Source: Nitrosopumilus sp. (lineage in GTDB: Archaea; Thermoproteota; Nitrososphaeria; Nitrososphaerales; Nitrosopumilaceae). From it: 64,000 nt of DNA. The position numbers were made by a program, and so were the translations under genes. The stretch covers positions 1,696,001 through 1,760,000 of the forward strand of contig OZ244732.1 of NCBI GenBank assembly GCA_965219345.1. Reading direction: 5' to 3'. Shown piece after piece: positions 61,947 to 64,000 of the stretch (its first letter is position 1; every line of letters begins with the position of its first letter). Below the pieces are notes generated by a model that saw only the letters and a list, made by a program, of their open reading frames with translations, ran no database searches and was not told the origin of the DNA.

Positions 61947-62789
61947 CTAGTTTTTTGTGGTTTTTTTGGAAGTCTTTGTAGTCTTTGATTTAGAGACTTT
62001 TTTTGTATCTCTGCCAAAAAATGCCTTTCTAGCAAAGCAAAGATAGGCAGTATGACCTATTCCTTGAAAAGAGTGTCTGGTTTTTCCTTCTCTAGCTTCA
62101 ATAGTTCGGAGAATATGCTCAGTGGATTCTATATCAGTAAATTCATTTTCAACTAGAGACATAGTTAATTTTTCTAACTGATTCACAGTAGGACAAATAG
62201 CAAAAACTGAACCACTTCCTTTTAGCATCTTTCTCACTTGCGGAATTACTGTCCAAGGATCACCCAAGTCAACTAGAGCTACATCCATGTCTTTCAGTGG
62301 TAACTTTTTTGCAGTTTTTAGATCCAAATTATGGGGTGTTACATATTTAGAAACTCCAGCTTTTTTGATATTTTTTTCAGCTATTTTCATGAAATCTTCA
62401 TTAACATCAAAAGTGTATACATGACCACGTGGTTTTACGATATTAGCAATAAAAGAAGTGAGTGAACCGCTGCCAGTTCCAATTTCTAAAATTTTTTGTC
62501 CGCTTCCAATTCCAGCTCTTGCAACAATGTAACCAAGATCTTTTGGATAAACAATCTGCGTACCATGTTGAATTTTCATCACATAATCATACATTGTGGG
62601 TCTTAGAAGATAAACATACTTGTCCTTGTTTGTGATTACTTTAGAACCATACTCCTTTCCAATCGCATCAGAATGTTTGATTACTCCAATATGTGTATGA
62701 AGAGATTCTTTTTTTGAAATTTTCATTAACCATTTTTTGGAATGATTAAAGTAGAATAGTACTGGAGAGTTTTGTTTTATTTTATCCAT
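61947..62789 (-). CDS. trmI: tRNA (adenine-N1)-methyltransferase
   Basis: TQIVYPKD, EIGTGSGSLT, DLGDPW, GHTAYL. Confidence 0.93.
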   Translation of the reverse strand: MDKIKQNSPVLFYFNHSKKWLMKISKKESLHTHIGVIKHSDAIGKEYGSKVITNKDKYVYLLRPTMYDYVMKIQHGTQIVYPKDLGYIVARAGIGSGQKILEIGTGSGSLTSFIANIVKPRGHVYTFDVNEDFMKIAEKNIKKAGVSKYVTPHNLDLKTAKKLPLKDMDVALVDLGDPWTVIPQVRKMLKGSGSVFAICPTVNQLEKLTMSLVENEFTDIESTEHILRTIEAREGKTRHSFQGIGHTAYLCFARKAFFGRDTKKVSKSKTTKTSKKTTKN

Positions 62790-62909
62790 GGATTTTCCCT
62801 AAAAATTTTAGATAAGAATCTACTGATTCAGATTTAGACAATAAAGTCTGTAGAGGCACAGGTTCTAGTACAAATAGTATTTTAATGATAATAAAAATAT
62901 CAATGTGAA

Positions 62910-63260
62910 TTGGCAGAATTAAAAGTTGAAGGCTCTGGCGGATATGTCATAGCTGAATTAACCGAAGAACAGGCAAAAAAGGCAGATTTAGGAGTAGGAA
63001 AATTGTTTTTGGCTCCAATTGGGAAACTTGAAACCGAGAAAATGTTCAAACATTATTGTAAAAACTGTGAAACAGAATTTGACAATCCACCAAAAATTCA
63101 ATTGGAGGAAAGTACCAATGAAGAAGTGACAGACAATTTGATATTGATAGAAAGAGGACAATACACTTGTGAAAAATGTAGTTCAATAATTGGAGAATAT
63201 AGAGTATTCAAAAAGAAGGATGAATCAAATGAAGTTGGAAATGCAAACCAGTCTGGATAA
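62910..63260 (+). CDS. Zinc-ribbon hypothetical protein
   Basis: YCKNC...YTCEKC. Confidence 0.7.
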   Translation: MAELKVEGSGGYVIAELTEEQAKKADLGVGKLFLAPIGKLETEKMFKHYCKNCETEFDNPPKIQLEESTNEEVTDNLILIERGQYTCEKCSSIIGEYRVFKKKDESNEVGNANQSG

Positions 63261-63756
63261 AATAGTAGAAACAACATCTGATGATTTTCTAAAAGAGATT
63301 AGAGATACCTTTTCTAACATTGATTTTGAGATCATTAGAGAAAGACTAGAAGCAAAATACATGCAAGGTGATCATTCAGCAATGATTCTAGATGGGCGAA
63401 AAAGAATTCACATAATTGTTGATCATGGAATGAATAAACAACAATCAGGGATAAACTGCAAAACTGAAATCAAAATATTTGAAAAATATGGCATGACAGT
63501 TACTGATCATATAATTGGGGAAAAAGTATACAATTATGTTGTACAACCAGAAAAAGAATTCTATCAAGAGTTGGAGAAAATTCCTGAGAATGAATGGTCA
63601 GGCATGAGTGTAACTAGGACAATTTCACAAGACATACTAGGAGAAATTGAAAAAACTGCTTCAAGTATTGGATTTACACTCGATGAGATATCACAATTGA
63701 TGGCTGAAAATGCATACATAACAGAACTTCGATCAAAAACAAAAAAGAAGCTATAA
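63241..63756 (+). CDS. Hypothetical protein
   Basis: ORF 63190-63756; start moved to MQTSLDK to reduce overlap. Confidence 0.6.
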   Translation: MQTSLDKIVETTSDDFLKEIRDTFSNIDFEIIRERLEAKYMQGDHSAMILDGRKRIHIIVDHGMNKQQSGINCKTEIKIFEKYGMTVTDHIIGEKVYNYVVQPEKEFYQELEKIPENEWSGMSVTRTISQDILGEIEKTASSIGFTLDEISQLMAENAYITELRSKTKKKL

Positions 63757-63781
63757 TACTAACCTAAAATCAAATTTTTGT

Positions 63782-63919
63782 ATGGCAAATCAAAAATGCG
63801 TATCTTGTGGGATAGGATTTTTCTCACCAACAGGTTCAGACAAGTGTTCTAAATGTGCAGGTCAAGAATCTAAAGGACATGAAGGTCATGATTCCTGTGG
63901 TTGTGGACACAGCCACTAA
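63782..63919 (+). CDS. Cys/His-rich miniprotein (45 aa, not in ORF track)
   Basis: MANQKCVSCGIGFFSPTGSDKCSKCAGQESKGHEGHDSCGCGHSH. Confidence 0.65.
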   Translation: MANQKCVSCGIGFFSPTGSDKCSKCAGQESKGHEGHDSCGCGHSH

Positions 63920-64000
63920 CTCTATTTTTCTAATTTATTAGAATATTTTTTAGATTAATTTTCGACACATCCTTCCATACACGAAAAAAGAAAGTGCAGT

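Overview
AT-rich archaeal chromosome segment of a Nitrosopumilus-like ammonia-oxidising thaumarchaeote (CdvA, ThyX, FEN-1, proteasome beta, TrmI, CFI-box-CTERM remnant, tRNA-Ser(CGA)). Intact housekeeping blocks lie at ~1-19.75 kb, ~23.4-27.2 kb and ~48.1-64 kb. Two decaying accessory islands (~19.8-23.4 kb and ~27.3-48.05 kb) carry IS6-like and IS481 transposases, MITEs, an integrase remnant, a RelBE-type pair, five broken DNA methyltransferase/RM genes, a GHKL ATPase, an island-borne PCNA and a class III cyclase. Main observation: a module present twice, [DNA MTase <- AbrB-like gene <-][palindromic operator][small RNA ->][SWIM/Zn-ribbon IS6-like transposase ->]. These modules carry two full-length tRNA-like genes with serine-type bodies (long variable arm, G73) but non-serine anticodons (CCU, CAG). 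One module also carries a box C/D guide RNA whose two guides both pair with the CCU tRNA-like gene 1.3 kb downstream; the D guide places the predicted methylation on the -1 nucleotide (RNase P site). This suggests an RNA-only 'miscoding tRNA / guide-RNA antidote' system. The structures and pairings were read by eye from the sequence, all functions are inferred, and no database searches were run.
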